Assembly: GCA_965213705.1 (NCBI GenBank)
Contig: OZ243913.1
Span: 3,264,001-3,328,000 of the forward strand
Source: Trueperaceae bacterium
Lineage (GTDB): Bacteria; Deinococcota; Deinococci; Deinococcales; Trueperaceae
DNA length: 64,000 bases
Direction of reading: 5' to 3'
Shown here: piece by piece, positions 1 through 9,932 of the stretch
How the letters are laid out: each line of letters starts with the position of its first letter
Numbering within the stretch: the first letter of the stretch is position 1
The notes under the pieces: model-generated
Databases searched by the model: none
The model's input: only the letters and a program-made list of their open reading frames with translations
What the model was told of the DNA's origin: nothing
Translations under genes and position numbers: made by a program

Positions 1-306
1 GTTTCTGCGCAAACATGGGCAGAATTTGTAGAAGTTTTGTACCGTGACAAGTTCGACAAGTATCTTTCCGACTTAAGGCGAAAAGCCTTTCTCGACTCTG
101 TAGAGGCAGTTAGTTTCACAGTAGAGATTCAGGAAACCATCACAGCCTGCCGCGACCCGAAGGACGATAAGTTTCTCGAGGTAGCAGTCAACGGCCTCGC
201 AGATGTCATCGTCACGGGTGACAAAGATTTGTTAGTGCTAGACCCTTTCAGAAATATTCCCGTTGTCGAAGCGCGGGCCTTTCTCGAGACCTTCGGCGAA
301 ACTTGA
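1..306 (+). CDS. PIN-domain toxin, 5'-truncated by the window edge
   Basis: Frame is open from base 1 (VSAQTWAEFVEVLYRDKFDKY...); C-terminal CRDPKDDKFLEVAVNG-ADVIVTGDKDLL is typical of the PIN_3/MJ1680-like toxin family. Confidence 0.85.
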   Translation, partial: VSAQTWAEFVEVLYRDKFDKYLSDLRRKAFLDSVEAVSFTVEIQETITACRDPKDDKFLEVAVNGLADVIVTGDKDLLVLDPFRNIPVVEARAFLETFGET

Positions 307-357
307 CCTGCCTTATGTTCGGCTGTCTCCACCAACACTCGTCAACCGTCCGAGAAT

Positions 358-1059
358 TTAAACACCTAAATAGCGCCGCTTCAGCTCGGGCTGCGCGGCG
401 AGGTCTAGGCTCGAGCCCGTCCACACCACGCGGCCCTTTTCCAAAACATAACTGCGGTCGGTGACGCTCAGCATTTCCGAGAGGTTGCTGTCCACGATGA
501 GGATGGCTTGGTTCTCGGCTTTGAGCTGCTTGATGCTGCGCCAAATGTCCTCACGCAGCAGCGGCGCGAGCCCTTCGGTCGCCTCGTCCAGGACGAGCAG
601 CTTTGGGTTGGTGAGGAGGGCTCGAGCGATGGCGAGCATCTGCTGTTCGCCACCCGAGAGTTGGTTGCCCAAGTTCCGCCGCCGCTCCTGCAGGCGGGGG
701 AACAGGTCGTAAACGCGCTCGAGCGTCCAGGCGTCGGGTTTGTCAAACGGGTTACGCGCGGTGGCGACGAGGTTTTCCTCGGTGCTCAAGTTGGGGAAAA
801 TGCGCCGTCCCTCTGGCACCAATCCGAGGCCGCGCCGCGCGATTCGGTGTGCAGGTTGACCGCTGACGAGCTTGTCTTCAAAGTGAATCTCGCCGCTACT
901 CGGCGGGGTCAAGCCCATAATGGAGCGCACTGTCGTCGTTTTGCCCATGCCGTTGCGCCCGAGCAGACCGACTACCTCGCCTGCGCCGACCTCCAAACTC
1001 ACGCCGAACAGGACTTGCGACGCGCCGTAGGCGGTGTCGATGGCGGTGACGCTGAGCAC
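358..1059 (-). CDS. Branched-chain amino acid-type ABC transporter ATP-binding protein (LivF-like)
   Basis: Walker A GRNGMGKTT, LSGGEQQMLAIARAL, VPEGRRIF. Confidence 0.93.
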   Translation of the reverse strand: MLSVTAIDTAYGASQVLFGVSLEVGAGEVVGLLGRNGMGKTTTVRSIMGLTPPSSGEIHFEDKLVSGQPAHRIARRGLGLVPEGRRIFPNLSTEENLVATARNPFDKPDAWTLERVYDLFPRLQERRRNLGNQLSGGEQQMLAIARALLTNPKLLVLDEATEGLAPLLREDIWRSIKQLKAENQAILIVDSNLSEMLSVTDRSYVLEKGRVVWTGSSLDLAAQPELKRRYLGV

Positions 1060-1060
1060 C

Positions 1061-1816
1061 CTAAACCTCCTCGTTCAGGTAAGCCCGCTGTACCTCGGGG
1101 TCGGCGCGGACTTCTTCGGGTCTTCCCGTAGCTAGAAGCGTGCCGTAAACGAGCACCGACACGCGGTCGGCCAGGCTGAAGACCACGTCCATGTCGTGTT
1201 CGACGAGCAACGTAGCATAGTCCTGTTTAACGGTTTCAATAAGCTGAGCCATCCGCTCGGTTTCGCTCGGCCCCATTCCGGCCATCGGCTCATCCAGGAG
1301 CAAGACTTTGGGCCACGTCGCCAGCGCCATCGCCAGCTCGAGCTGCCGCCGCTGCCCGTGCGACAGGTTCGCGGCGCGAGTATCAGCGTCAGCGGCCAAA
1401 CCTACTCGCTCGAGCAAAACCCGCGCCTCATCAATAAGACGCTTGTCCCGCCGCGCGTCCCGCCAAAAGTGAAAGTGGTGCTTTTCGTTCGCCTGCACGG
1501 CCAGCGCGACGTTCTCAAGGACGCTGAACTCGAGCAGCACCGCCGTAATCTGAAACGACCGCGCCACACCGAGGCGGGCGCGCTCCGGCATCGACACCCG
1601 TGTGATGTCGCGCCCCTCGAGTGTGATAGTCCCTGCGTCCGGCGTCAACTGCCCGCTCAGTTGCGCCAGCGCAGTCGTCTTGCCTGCACCGTTCGGGCCG
1701 ATGAGCGCGTGGATTTCACCGCGGTGAAGCTCGAGGTTTAAGTCGTTCGACACCAGCAGCGCCCCGAAGGCCTTGCGCAACCCTCTCACTTGCAACAGCG
1801 GTTCAGTCACCCTCAC
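1061..1816 (-). CDS. ABC transporter ATP-binding protein (LivG-like)
   Basis: GPNGAGKTT, LSHGQRRQLE, LLDEPMAG, VEHDM. Confidence 0.93.
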   Translation of the reverse strand: MRVTEPLLQVRGLRKAFGALLVSNDLNLELHRGEIHALIGPNGAGKTTALAQLSGQLTPDAGTITLEGRDITRVSMPERARLGVARSFQITAVLLEFSVLENVALAVQANEKHHFHFWRDARRDKRLIDEARVLLERVGLAADADTRAANLSHGQRRQLELAMALATWPKVLLLDEPMAGMGPSETERMAQLIETVKQDYATLLVEHDMDVVFSLADRVSVLVYGTLLATGRPEEVRADPEVQRAYLNEEV

Positions 1817-2795
1817 CCCCGATGAGCAAGCCCGCCAGACCGCGCCGCGCGAACAGGACGATGAGGACGAGCAGCGGGCCGAAAAAAATCTGCCAGTGCT
1901 CGGTAACTGAGACGAGGGTTTCCTCGAGCAGCAAAAACGCCCCCGCGCCGAGTACCGGCCCGACGAGACTGCCCATCCCGCCCAAAATCACCATCACCAG
2001 CAGTTCGCCCGAGCGCGACCAGTGGAGCAGGTTCGGTGAGACGAACTCGGTCTGGTTGCCGAGGAGCGCGCCCGCCAGTCCCGCCACCGCGCCCGCGATG
2101 CAAAACGCCGCGAGCCGGTAAGGGAGGGGTCGGTAACCGAGCGCGCGCATCCGCAACTCGCTACTTTTCAACCCGCGCAGGGTCCGCCCGAAACGCGCGT
2201 GGACGAAGCGCCAGAAGAGAAACATGCAAGCGAGCAGCAAAGCGTAAGAAACGTAAAACATCGTCAAGCGGTCGCCTAAGTCGAGGAGCGGCAGCGTGTT
2301 CGGCCCCCACCACAGCGAGAGGCCGTCGTCGCCGCCGTAGGGCTCGAGCGAGACGAAGAAAAAGTACAGCATCTGCGCGAACGCCAGGGTAATCATGATG
2401 AAGTAAACCCCCTTGGTGCGCAGCGAAATCACGCCGATGACGAGGGCGAACAAAGCCGAAACGAGCATCGCCAGGGGCCAGACAATGAGCGCCTGGTTCA
2501 TCCACGGCCCCGCGCTGAGGCCCAAAAACGCCTCTTCCTCAAAGGCGTGCTGCGACAAAATAGCGAAGGTGTACGCGCCGAGCCCCAAAAACGCCGCGTG
2601 CCCGAACGAGACCAGCCCGCCGTAGCCGAGGATGAAGTTCAAACTCAGCGCCGCCAGGCCGGAGATGACAATGCGGGTGAATACGGGCACGAGGTAACTT
2701 TGGTCGAGGGACAGGGCCACCAGCGGCGCTAGTCCCAAAACGAGGAGAGTGAGGGCGGTGACGGCTCGAGCGCGGTTGATGGGTCGTTCCCTCAC
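1803..2795 (-). CDS. ABC transporter permease (LivM-like)
   Basis: GYGGLVSFGHAAF-G-GAY, LRTKGVYFIMITLAFAQ and GGMGS motifs; start moved to GTG 2795, which overlaps the upstream TGA (GTGA). Confidence 0.9.
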   Translation of the reverse strand: MRERPINRARAVTALTLLVLGLAPLVALSLDQSYLVPVFTRIVISGLAALSLNFILGYGGLVSFGHAAFLGLGAYTFAILSQHAFEEEAFLGLSAGPWMNQALIVWPLAMLVSALFALVIGVISLRTKGVYFIMITLAFAQMLYFFFVSLEPYGGDDGLSLWWGPNTLPLLDLGDRLTMFYVSYALLLACMFLFWRFVHARFGRTLRGLKSSELRMRALGYRPLPYRLAAFCIAGAVAGLAGALLGNQTEFVSPNLLHWSRSGELLVMVILGGMGSLVGPVLGAGAFLLLEETLVSVTEHWQIFFGPLLVLIVLFARRGLAGLLIGGEGD

Positions 2796-3706
2796 GCGCC
2801 CCCGCCGAACAAGCCCTGCGGCCGCCAGGCCAGCACCGCGGCCATCAAAATATAAATCGCCATCGCCGACAAGGACGCGCCCACCGCGCTCGCAAAGCTC
2901 GGCGTTAGAAAAAGACCGAGCACGCTCGGCAAGTACGCGCGTCCCAGCGTGTCGGTCAGCCCGACGAGCAGCGAGCCCACCACGGCCCCCCGAATCGAGC
3001 CGATGCCGCCGATGACAATGACCACAAAGGTGAGAATCAGGATGCTCTCCCCCATCCCCGATTGCACCGCGATAAACGGCCCCGCGACGACGCCCGCCAA
3101 ACCTGCCAACACCGCCCCGAGCCCGAAGATAACGGTGTAAAGCCGTGAAATGTTCACCCCCAGCGCCCCAATCATCTCGCGGTCGCTCGCCCCGGCGCGA
3201 ATCCACATTCCCAAACGGGTGCGCTGCACGAGCAGGTAAAGCCCCAGCACAGTGAGCGCGCCGACGATAATCACCGCCAGTCGGTAAACCGGATAAGGCG
3301 CACCGGGTACGACCTCGACCGTCCCCAGCAACCAAGGCGGCACGTCGATTCTCAAGGGTTGCCGCCCCCAAACGACCCGCACGAGTTCGTTGAAAAATAA
3401 AATAAGCCCGAAGGTCGCCAACACCTGGTCCAAGTGGTCGCGTTCGTAAAGCCGCCGGATGACCGCGAACTCCACAACCATCCCGGTCAATCCTGCCGCC
3501 ACCGTGCCCACGAGCAAGCCCAACAAAAACGAGTCCGTCTGCACGCTCACCGTCGCCGCCACATACGCCCCCACCATAAACAGCGAGCCGTGCGCCAGGT
3601 TGATGAGGTTCATAATTCCGAAAATAAGCGTCAGCCCCGACGCCATGAGCAGCAGCGTGACGCCGAGCTGGACGCCGTTGAGAAGTTGCTCGAGAAAGAG
3701 GAGCAT
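2792..3706 (-). CDS. ABC transporter permease (LivH-like)
   Basis: GLTLIFGIMNLINLAHG, GGIGSIRG, RPQGLFG motifs; multiple TM segments. Confidence 0.92.
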   Translation of the reverse strand: MLLFLEQLLNGVQLGVTLLLMASGLTLIFGIMNLINLAHGSLFMVGAYVAATVSVQTDSFLLGLLVGTVAAGLTGMVVEFAVIRRLYERDHLDQVLATFGLILFFNELVRVVWGRQPLRIDVPPWLLGTVEVVPGAPYPVYRLAVIIVGALTVLGLYLLVQRTRLGMWIRAGASDREMIGALGVNISRLYTVIFGLGAVLAGLAGVVAGPFIAVQSGMGESILILTFVVIVIGGIGSIRGAVVGSLLVGLTDTLGRAYLPSVLGLFLTPSFASAVGASLSAMAIYILMAAVLAWRPQGLFGGGA

Positions 3707-3716
3707 AAGTTTAAAT

Positions 3717-3775
3717 AAGGGAGTGGGAAGTAGGGTGTCAAGTCAAAAGCTTTTACTCCCTACTCCCTACCCCCA
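3717..3775. repeat. Heptamer-based inverted repeat (AGTAGGG / CCCTACT units)
   Basis: aagggagtgggaagtaggg...tactccctactccctacccc between the substrate-binding gene and the LivH-like gene. Confidence 0.6.
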
Positions 3776-3781
3776 CCTCCC

Positions 3782-4942
3782 TTACCGCCCCATCTCGCAT
3801 TCGGCCGCGTAAGCGTCCGCGTGGGCCTCGAACACCTTGCCGACGAGCTTGTTGGTGACGTTGCCGCTATCGTCCACGTAAGCCTGACGGACGTAGATGT
3901 CTTGAATCGGGTAGTGGTTGGTGTTGAACTCGAAGTCCCCACGGACTGAAACGAAGTCGGCTTCCTCGAGCGCAGCAATAAGCGCCGCCGTATCGTCCAC
4001 GTTGCCGTTGACTTTTTCCAAGGCCGAGAGAATGAGGTTGCCGGTGTCGAAACCCTGGCTCGAGTAGAGCGTCGGGTACTCGTCGTACTTCGCCTTGTAC
4101 GCCTCGACGAACGCTTTGTTCGCCTCGTTGTCTAAATCGGGCGACCACTGCGAGGTGTTGAAAGTTCCGGCAGCCTCCGCACCGACGGCGTCCAGCAGCG
4201 TGTCGTCGAACGAAAAGGCGGGGCCGAACAGCGGAATCTGGTCGACCAAACCCGCTTGACCGTACTGCTTGACAAAGTTGATGCCCATCGCGCCGGGATA
4301 AAAGAAAAAGACCGCGTCGGGGTTCGTAGCGCGAAGGGTGGAAATCTCGGCGGCGTAGTCGGTCTGGCCGAGCTGGGTGTAGACCTCACCGGCGATGTCG
4401 CCCTGGTAAAAACGCTTGAAGCCGGTCAGCGCGTCCTGGCCCGCCGGGTAGTTCGGGGCGAGGAGGTAAACGTTTTGAAAACCCTGGTCGGTGACGTACT
4501 GGCCCATCGCCTCGTGCAGGTTGTCGTTTTGCCAAGAGGCGCTGAAGTAGTTCGGGTTGCAACCTTTGCCCGCCAGTTCCGACGGCCCGGCGTTGGGCGA
4601 GATATAAACCACACCCTCACGCACCAAACGCGGAATCGTCGCCATCGCGATGTTGGAAAAAATCGAACCCGTCATAATCTTGACCCCGTCGCGCTCGACC
4701 ATCCGCTCGACAAGGCCCACGGCGGTCTCGGGGTCGAGGCCGTCGTCGGCGACGAGCAAGTCGATTTGAATGGGGCTCTCACGCATTTCGACGGCGAGTT
4801 CAAATCCTTTTTGAACCTGCTCGCCTAAATAACCGCCCCCGGTCGACAAGGTGGTGACCATGCCGATTTTGACGGGGTCTTGGGCGAGAGCGAGGCTTAA
4901 GAAGAGGGTGGTGATGAGACTCAGGATAAGTTTTAATTTCAT
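3782..4942 (-). CDS. ABC transporter substrate-binding protein (Liv/PBP1 family, aromatic-acid-binding type)
   Basis: Signal peptide MKLKLILSLITTLFLSLALAQ, KIG motif, PNAGPS and APNYPAG motifs; ATG 4942 overlaps the upstream stop (ATGA). Confidence 0.88.
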   Translation of the reverse strand: MKLKLILSLITTLFLSLALAQDPVKIGMVTTLSTGGGYLGEQVQKGFELAVEMRESPIQIDLLVADDGLDPETAVGLVERMVERDGVKIMTGSIFSNIAMATIPRLVREGVVYISPNAGPSELAGKGCNPNYFSASWQNDNLHEAMGQYVTDQGFQNVYLLAPNYPAGQDALTGFKRFYQGDIAGEVYTQLGQTDYAAEISTLRATNPDAVFFFYPGAMGINFVKQYGQAGLVDQIPLFGPAFSFDDTLLDAVGAEAAGTFNTSQWSPDLDNEANKAFVEAYKAKYDEYPTLYSSQGFDTGNLILSALEKVNGNVDDTAALIAALEEADFVSVRGDFEFNTNHYPIQDIYVRQAYVDDSGNVTNKLVGKVFEAHADAYAAECEMGR

Positions 4943-5769
4943 GTTTTTCCTTTCTCGAGCAGCTCCAAAACGGCTGCCCTGACAGTTTGCCACTGCGGGG
5001 TGGTAGCGACGACGATTTCGAAGTGGCCGGTGTCGGCCAGACTTTCCAGGCGAACCTCCTCGCCCCCCTTTTTCGCTGCGGCTTCGTAGAGTTTAACGTA
5101 GCTTATAGGAACCGTGTCGTCTTGAACGCCCTGGATTAAGATTTGCCGAACGCCGAGCGGGAGGAGTTCGGCGGGCGAGCCCTGCGCGTAGCGTTCCGGT
5201 ACCTCTTCGGGCGTACCGCCCATGAGTCTGTCGGGCGCGTCCGGGCAAATGTTCTGGTTTAAGGCTTTTGCTAAATCGGGAATCCCAGCCAAGGAGACGA
5301 CGCCGCGCAACTCGAGCGGCTTCTCCACATAAAGTTCGCTGTCCGAGTTGAGGTTGTGACGGCCTGCCAGCCACAGGGCCAGGTGTCCGCCCGCCGAGTG
5401 GCCGACGGTGAGGACTCGAGCCAAATCGAGGTCGTAATCGTCAGCCATCATCCTGAGAAAATCTGTACCTCTAGCGACATCTAAAAACGTGTTGGGCCAG
5501 CCGCCGTCAACGTCCAAACGGCGGTACTCGAGGCTCCACACGGCTACCCCGTCGTTCGTCAGGGCTCGAGCAAATTGACCCATGTACTCGAGGTTGACCC
5601 GCGCCCGCCAACAACCGCCGTGCAGCAAAACCACGACCGGATGCGGCCCTGCTCCATCAGGCAAATAGAGGTGTCCGAACTGCTCTGTATGAGGGCCGTA
5701 GCTCAAAACAACGTCCGGCGGCACCTTGGGCAGCGCCAGCAAATCATCGACTGTGAGCAAACTCGCCAC
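4939..5769 (-). CDS. Alpha/beta hydrolase (HGG-type esterase/formamidase-like)
   Basis: LHGGCW oxyanion motif, GHSAGG nucleophile, D-VP and GHF triad residues. Confidence 0.88.
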   Translation of the reverse strand: MASLLTVDDLLALPKVPPDVVLSYGPHTEQFGHLYLPDGAGPHPVVVLLHGGCWRARVNLEYMGQFARALTNDGVAVWSLEYRRLDVDGGWPNTFLDVARGTDFLRMMADDYDLDLARVLTVGHSAGGHLALWLAGRHNLNSDSELYVEKPLELRGVVSLAGIPDLAKALNQNICPDAPDRLMGGTPEEVPERYAQGSPAELLPLGVRQILIQGVQDDTVPISYVKLYEAAAKKGGEEVRLESLADTGHFEIVVATTPQWQTVRAAVLELLEKGKT

Positions 5770-5780
5770 GCGACCTAAAC

Positions 5781-6551
5781 CTAACTTGTCACGAGCGCCA
5801 GCACCCGCAGCGGACTTCCCGAACCGCCTACGAGCTTGAGCGGCGGGGTGATGAGGAGTGCGCCCTTGGGCGGCAGCTGGTCGAGGTTCGCCAAGCTCGC
5901 CAGTCCGAACTTCCCGGCCCCGTGAAACAGCGTGTGCGCGGGAAAAGCCGGGTCGAACCCGCCCGCCGCGCCCGCGTCGGTGCCGACGGTTTCCGTACCG
6001 AAGCCGAGAACGTCGCGCTCCACCAGCGCCTTGACCGCCTCAACTGAGGGACCGGGCGACACCGGCCCGTCCTCTTTGAGATTGAGAAACGCTTCCCCTT
6101 GCCGTTTCGACCAGTCGCTGCGGAGCAGCACCCACGAGCCCGCTTCGATGGGGCCGTGCTTGTCTTCCCAGGTTTCAATGTGCTCAGGCGTGAGCAAAAA
6201 GCCCTCGTCTTCTGCGACCTCGTTACTCACGTCGATGACGTTGGCAGGCGCGACGAGCTTGCTCGGCGGGATGGTGTCGGTCGTGTGCTCGGCCAGGTCT
6301 TTGCCCGTCACCCAGTGAACCGGCGCGTCGAAGTGGGTGCCGGTGTGCTCGCCCAAGGTGAGGGTGTTCCAGTACCAGGCGGGGCCGGCGTCGTCGTAGC
6401 GCGAAATCTCGGTGACGCTTAAACCTGGCGACGGCGCGAACATGTCAGGCAGCGCGATGACGGGCGTGCCGGGCTCGAGCGGCTGCGTCAGGTCGATGAC
6501 CCTGACCTTCCCCGAAGCGAGGTCGGTGATGAGGTTGGCGAGGGTGGACAT
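5781..6551 (-). CDS. Cyclase-family metal amidohydrolase, isatin hydrolase-like
   Basis: GEHTGTHFDAP-HW-TGKD metal motif; ISRYDDAGPAWYWN, GTDAG-AGG--P-FPAH and FGLASLANLD segments match, from recall, isatin hydrolases better than KynB. Confidence 0.8.
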   Translation of the reverse strand: MSTLANLITDLASGKVRVIDLTQPLEPGTPVIALPDMFAPSPGLSVTEISRYDDAGPAWYWNTLTLGEHTGTHFDAPVHWVTGKDLAEHTTDTIPPSKLVAPANVIDVSNEVAEDEGFLLTPEHIETWEDKHGPIEAGSWVLLRSDWSKRQGEAFLNLKEDGPVSPGPSVEAVKALVERDVLGFGTETVGTDAGAAGGFDPAFPAHTLFHGAGKFGLASLANLDQLPPKGALLITPPLKLVGGSGSPLRVLALVTS

Positions 6552-6612
6552 GGTGGGGTTCCTTTCTGAGGATGCAGAGGAGATAGGAGGCGGAGGAGCG
6601 GAGGAGAAAAAG

Positions 6613-6662
6613 CTTCTGACTTTAACTTTCTGCTTTCTACTTTTTACTCGGTACTAGGTACT
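6613..6662. repeat. Period-7 tandem repeat
   Basis: ttctgac tttaact ttctgct ttctact ttttact cggtact aggtact; overlaps the last codons of the decarboxylase beta gene. Confidence 0.65.
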
Positions 6663-7231
6663 TCTTTCTTCCCTTGAATAAACCGCCGAAACCTGAACGC
6701 GTTCTCGCTCAGCCCCAAATCCATCCCGTACTTGTCCGGCCCGACGGCCCGCACTTTGGCGACGATGACGCTGAGGTCGTCGCGCTCAAAGGCCTCCAAA
6801 ACAGCTTCGCCAAAGTTGAGAGGCGTGTCCACGGACGCGACATGTTCGATGCCCGCGCCCTTGGCAATCGCGGCCAAGTCGGTAATTCCGGCGGTCGTGT
6901 GCGAACTGAAGCCGCCGGTCGAGAGTAGCGAGCCGTTGTCGAAGATGATGTGGACTATATTTCTCGGGCGGTAGCGGGCCAGGGTGGTGAGGGTGCCCAG
7001 GTTCATCAGCACCGAGCCGTCGCCGTCGAGCACCACGACGCGCTCTTCGGGCAGGTGCGCCGCCAGCCCCAAGCCGATGGACGAGGCCAGCCCCATCGCG
7101 TGTTGCAAGTAAAAGAAGTTCTCGCGGTGGCCCAGGTTGTAGAGTTCCTGAGCGCAAGCGCCCATGATGGTGACGACGAGCTTGTCTTGCAACTCGGGGT
7201 AGATAACTTCCAAACAGCGAGCGCGTTCCAC
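6644..7231 (-). CDS. ThDP-dependent decarboxylase beta subunit (ComE/phosphonopyruvate decarboxylase C-terminal-like)
   Basis: MGLASSIGLG and the GDGS...IFDN ThDP-binding motif. Confidence 0.85.
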   Translation of the reverse strand: MERARCLEVIYPELQDKLVVTIMGACAQELYNLGHRENFFYLQHAMGLASSIGLGLAAHLPEERVVVLDGDGSVLMNLGTLTTLARYRPRNIVHIIFDNGSLLSTGGFSSHTTAGITDLAAIAKGAGIEHVASVDTPLNFGEAVLEAFERDDLSVIVAKVRAVGPDKYGMDLGLSENAFRFRRFIQGKKEVPSTE

Positions 7232-7245
7232 TTAATCCTCCACGC

Positions 7246-7764
7246 CTAATCCTCCATCAAGTCCCTGGTGAGCAGAAGCGCGACGGGCGACAAAGAACTC
7301 TGCGAAAACGTGTAAGCCTCGCGAATTTGCTTGGCGACTTTATTCGGGTCTCGAGCGTGCTCGAACGGGATGCCCAGCGCCCGCAACACCTCCTCGGTGA
7401 TAATTCCACCGCGCGTGTGCCACGGGTACGGCTCGCCCCAGTGCCCGCGAAAAGCGATGAGCATACATAAGGGCACGCTGTAGAGTTGCGCCAGCGAGAC
7501 GATGGCGTTGACGGCCGCCAAAAAGCCGTGATTTTGCATCAGCAGCGCGTGGGGTTCGCCCGCGAAGTACGCGCCTGCAGCGATGCCGATGGCCTCTTCT
7601 TCTTTGGCAACCTCGATGAGTTGGATGTCCGGGTCGTCTTCGGCGCGCTGCAACAGGTGGATGAGCCAGGTTTCGGGCAGCGCCGACACCGACTTAATGC
7701 CCGCTTTTTTGATGCCCTCGAAGACGATTTTCGAATTTTCGTAGGAGACCGACAAAGAGCGCAC
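7246..7764 (-). CDS. ThDP-dependent decarboxylase alpha subunit (ComD-like)
   Basis: KEEEAIGIAAG with conserved Glu, LMQN-G, IAFRG; adjacent to the beta subunit; exact start uncertain. Confidence 0.85.
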   Translation of the reverse strand: MRSLSVSYENSKIVFEGIKKAGIKSVSALPETWLIHLLQRAEDDPDIQLIEVAKEEEAIGIAAGAYFAGEPHALLMQNHGFLAAVNAIVSLAQLYSVPLCMLIAFRGHWGEPYPWHTRGGIITEEVLRALGIPFEHARDPNKVAKQIREAYTFSQSSLSPVALLLTRDLMED

Positions 7765-7784
7765 CTCTCTTGCAGACGCTGGAA

Positions 7785-7890
7785 TGACGCTTTTAAAAAC
7801 CTTCTGGACAACAATATCATCCTAGCTGCGGAGAAAGTCAACGTATAAAAGGTTTAGGTTGAAAATAAATTTTGAAGTGCGTATGATTTG
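7785..7890. promoter_or_regulatory. AT-rich divergent promoter region; candidate MarR operator and -10 box
   Basis: AT-rich stretch with imperfect palindrome TTTAGG-TTGAAA and TATGAT before the SDR gene; a MarR gene ends the rightward operon. Confidence 0.4.
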
Positions 7891-7904
7891 GGGGTGGAAG
7901 TAAC

Positions 7905-8660
7905 ATGGAGCTAGCGGGCAAGCACGCGGTCGTAACCGGCGGCGGTCGCGGCATCGGCGCGGCGGTCGCGGCGGCGCTCGGCGCGGCCGAGGCAAAGGTC
8001 ACGCTGATGGGCCGGACGTTGGACGTGCTCGAGGCCACCAGAGACCGTCTCGAGAAAGCCCAGATTATCCAGCTCGACGTGAGCGACGAGGGCGGCGTGC
8101 GGGACGCTTTCGAAAAAGCCGCCGAGGACTTCGGCGACATCGACATCCTCATCAACAACGCCGGAATCGCCGAGAGCGCGCCGTTCGAGAAAACGCCCCC
8201 TGAGCTTTTCCAGCGTTTGTTGAACGTCAACCTCATGGGCACCGTTCACTGCACACAGGCCGTTTTGCCAGGCATGAAAGCGAACGGCTGGGGCCGTATC
8301 GTCAACATCGCCAGCACCGCCGGGTTGACCGGCTACGCCTACGTGAGCGCCTACTGCGCCAGCAAGCACGCGGTGGTCGGGCTGACAAAGTCTTTAGCCG
8401 TAGAGCTTGCTCGCACCGGCATCACCGTCAACAGCCTCTGCCCCGGCTATACAGAGACCGACATGCTCGGCGAGAGCTTGAGCAACATCAGCCAAAAAAC
8501 TGGAAAGACGCAGGAAGAGGCGAGGGCGGTGCTCCAAAACCCACAAGGCCGTTTCGTCCAGCCCGAGGAGGTCGCGGCGGCGGCGCTGTGGCTGTGTGGG
8601 GACTCGAGCGGTTCCGTCACCGGGCAAAACATCGTCATCGCTGGAGGAGAACTTGTTTAG
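7905..8660 (+). CDS. SDR oxidoreductase of the anthraniloyl-CoA cluster (3-hydroxyacyl-CoA dehydrogenase-like)
   Basis: TGGGRGIG, NNAG, YCASK; context. Confidence 0.9.
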   Translation: MELAGKHAVVTGGGRGIGAAVAAALGAAEAKVTLMGRTLDVLEATRDRLEKAQIIQLDVSDEGGVRDAFEKAAEDFGDIDILINNAGIAESAPFEKTPPELFQRLLNVNLMGTVHCTQAVLPGMKANGWGRIVNIASTAGLTGYAYVSAYCASKHAVVGLTKSLAVELARTGITVNSLCPGYTETDMLGESLSNISQKTGKTQEEARAVLQNPQGRFVQPEEVAAAALWLCGDSSGSVTGQNIVIAGGELV

Positions 8661-8676
8661 GAATTGGGAAAGAAAG

Positions 8677-9098
8677 TGAGCGGGCTCGAGCAGAGGCACA
8701 AACTGCTGCAACCGCCGGGCTGGCCCGCGCCGAAGGGTTACTCAAACGGGGTGGTGGCGAAAGGGCGGCTGGTCTTTGTGGCGGGCCTCATCGGTTGGAA
8801 CGATAAAGGTGAGTTCGAGAGCGACGGCATGGCCGAGCAAACGAGGCAAACACTGCAAAACGTCGTCACGGTCTTGGCCGAAGCTGGAGCCAAACCCGAG
8901 CACGTCGTCCGCATGACCTGGTACATCACCGACAAAGCCGAGTACCACGCCAACCTTGCCGCCATCGGCAGCGCCTACCGCGAGACGTTTGCCAGGCACT
9001 ACCCAGCGATGGCGATGGTACAAGTGGCCGCGCTGATGGAAGACCGCGCCAAGGTCGAAATCGAGGCGACTGCCGTGATACCGGAGGACGAAACGTGA
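8677..9098 (+). CDS. RidA/YjgF family protein
   Basis: [16 protein letters not shown]...[11 protein letters not shown] 8677 preferred over TTG 8664. Confidence 0.88.
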
Positions 9099-9931
9099 GT
9101 GCCTATCAACTCAGCTTGACGGACTTAAAACTTGCGAACTACGAAGCCAAGCACTTTCTGTGGGAGGTCTCGGACGGCCTCGCCACGCTCACGCTGAACC
9201 GTCCCGAGCGCAAAAACCCGCTCACCTTCGAGTCTTACGCCGAGCTGCGCGACCTGTTTCGCAATTTGGTCTACAGCGACGACGTGCGGGGCGTCGTCAT
9301 CACCGGGGCGGGAGGTAATTTCTGTTCGGGCGGCGACGTGTTCGAAATCATCGGCCCCTTGACCAAAAGCAGCATGAAAGACTTACTCGCTTTCACCCGC
9401 ATGACCGGCGACCTGGTCAAAGCGATTCGCGCCTGCCCGCAGCCGGTGGTGGCGGCTATCGACGGAGTGTGCGTCGGGGCGGGCGCTGCGATTGCGATGG
9501 CCTGCGACTTGCGCTACGGAACACCGGACGCCAAGGTCGCTTACCTGTTCGTGCGGGTGGGTTTGGCGGGCTGCGACATGGGCGCTTGCGCGATTCTGCC
9601 GCGCATCATCGGCCAGGGCCGCGCCGCCGAACTCCTCTTTACGGGCCGCAGCATGAGCGCCGAGGAGGGCGAGCGGTGGGGCTTTTACAACCGGGTGTGC
9701 GAGGCTGGAGTGCTCGAGGAGGCCCAAAACACGGTGCGCCGTCTTCTGCAAGGCCCGACCTTCGCCCACGGCATCACCAAGACGATGCTCAACCAGGAAT
9801 GGAACATGAGCGTGGAGCAAGCCATCGAAGCCGAGGCGCAAGCGCAGGCCCTGTGTATGCAAACTGAGGATTTTGTACGGGCGTTCGAGGCGTTTGCGGC
9901 AAAGGGAAAGCCCGTTTTCGAGGGGAATTAG
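9095..9931 (+). CDS. Enoyl-CoA hydratase family protein
   Basis: [14 protein letters not shown], crotonase-fold motifs. Confidence 0.92.
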   Translation: MSAYQLSLTDLKLANYEAKHFLWEVSDGLATLTLNRPERKNPLTFESYAELRDLFRNLVYSDDVRGVVITGAGGNFCSGGDVFEIIGPLTKSSMKDLLAFTRMTGDLVKAIRACPQPVVAAIDGVCVGAGAAIAMACDLRYGTPDAKVAYLFVRVGLAGCDMGACAILPRIIGQGRAAELLFTGRSMSAEEGERWGFYNRVCEAGVLEEAQNTVRRLLQGPTFAHGITKTMLNQEWNMSVEQAIEAEAQAQALCMQTEDFVRAFEAFAAKGKPVFEGN

Positions 9932-9932
9932 G

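Noticed and set aside
2796..3371. 192-aa N-terminal extension of the LivM-like ORF
   Set aside because: Overlaps the LivH-like gene out of frame; the real start is the coupled GTG at 2795
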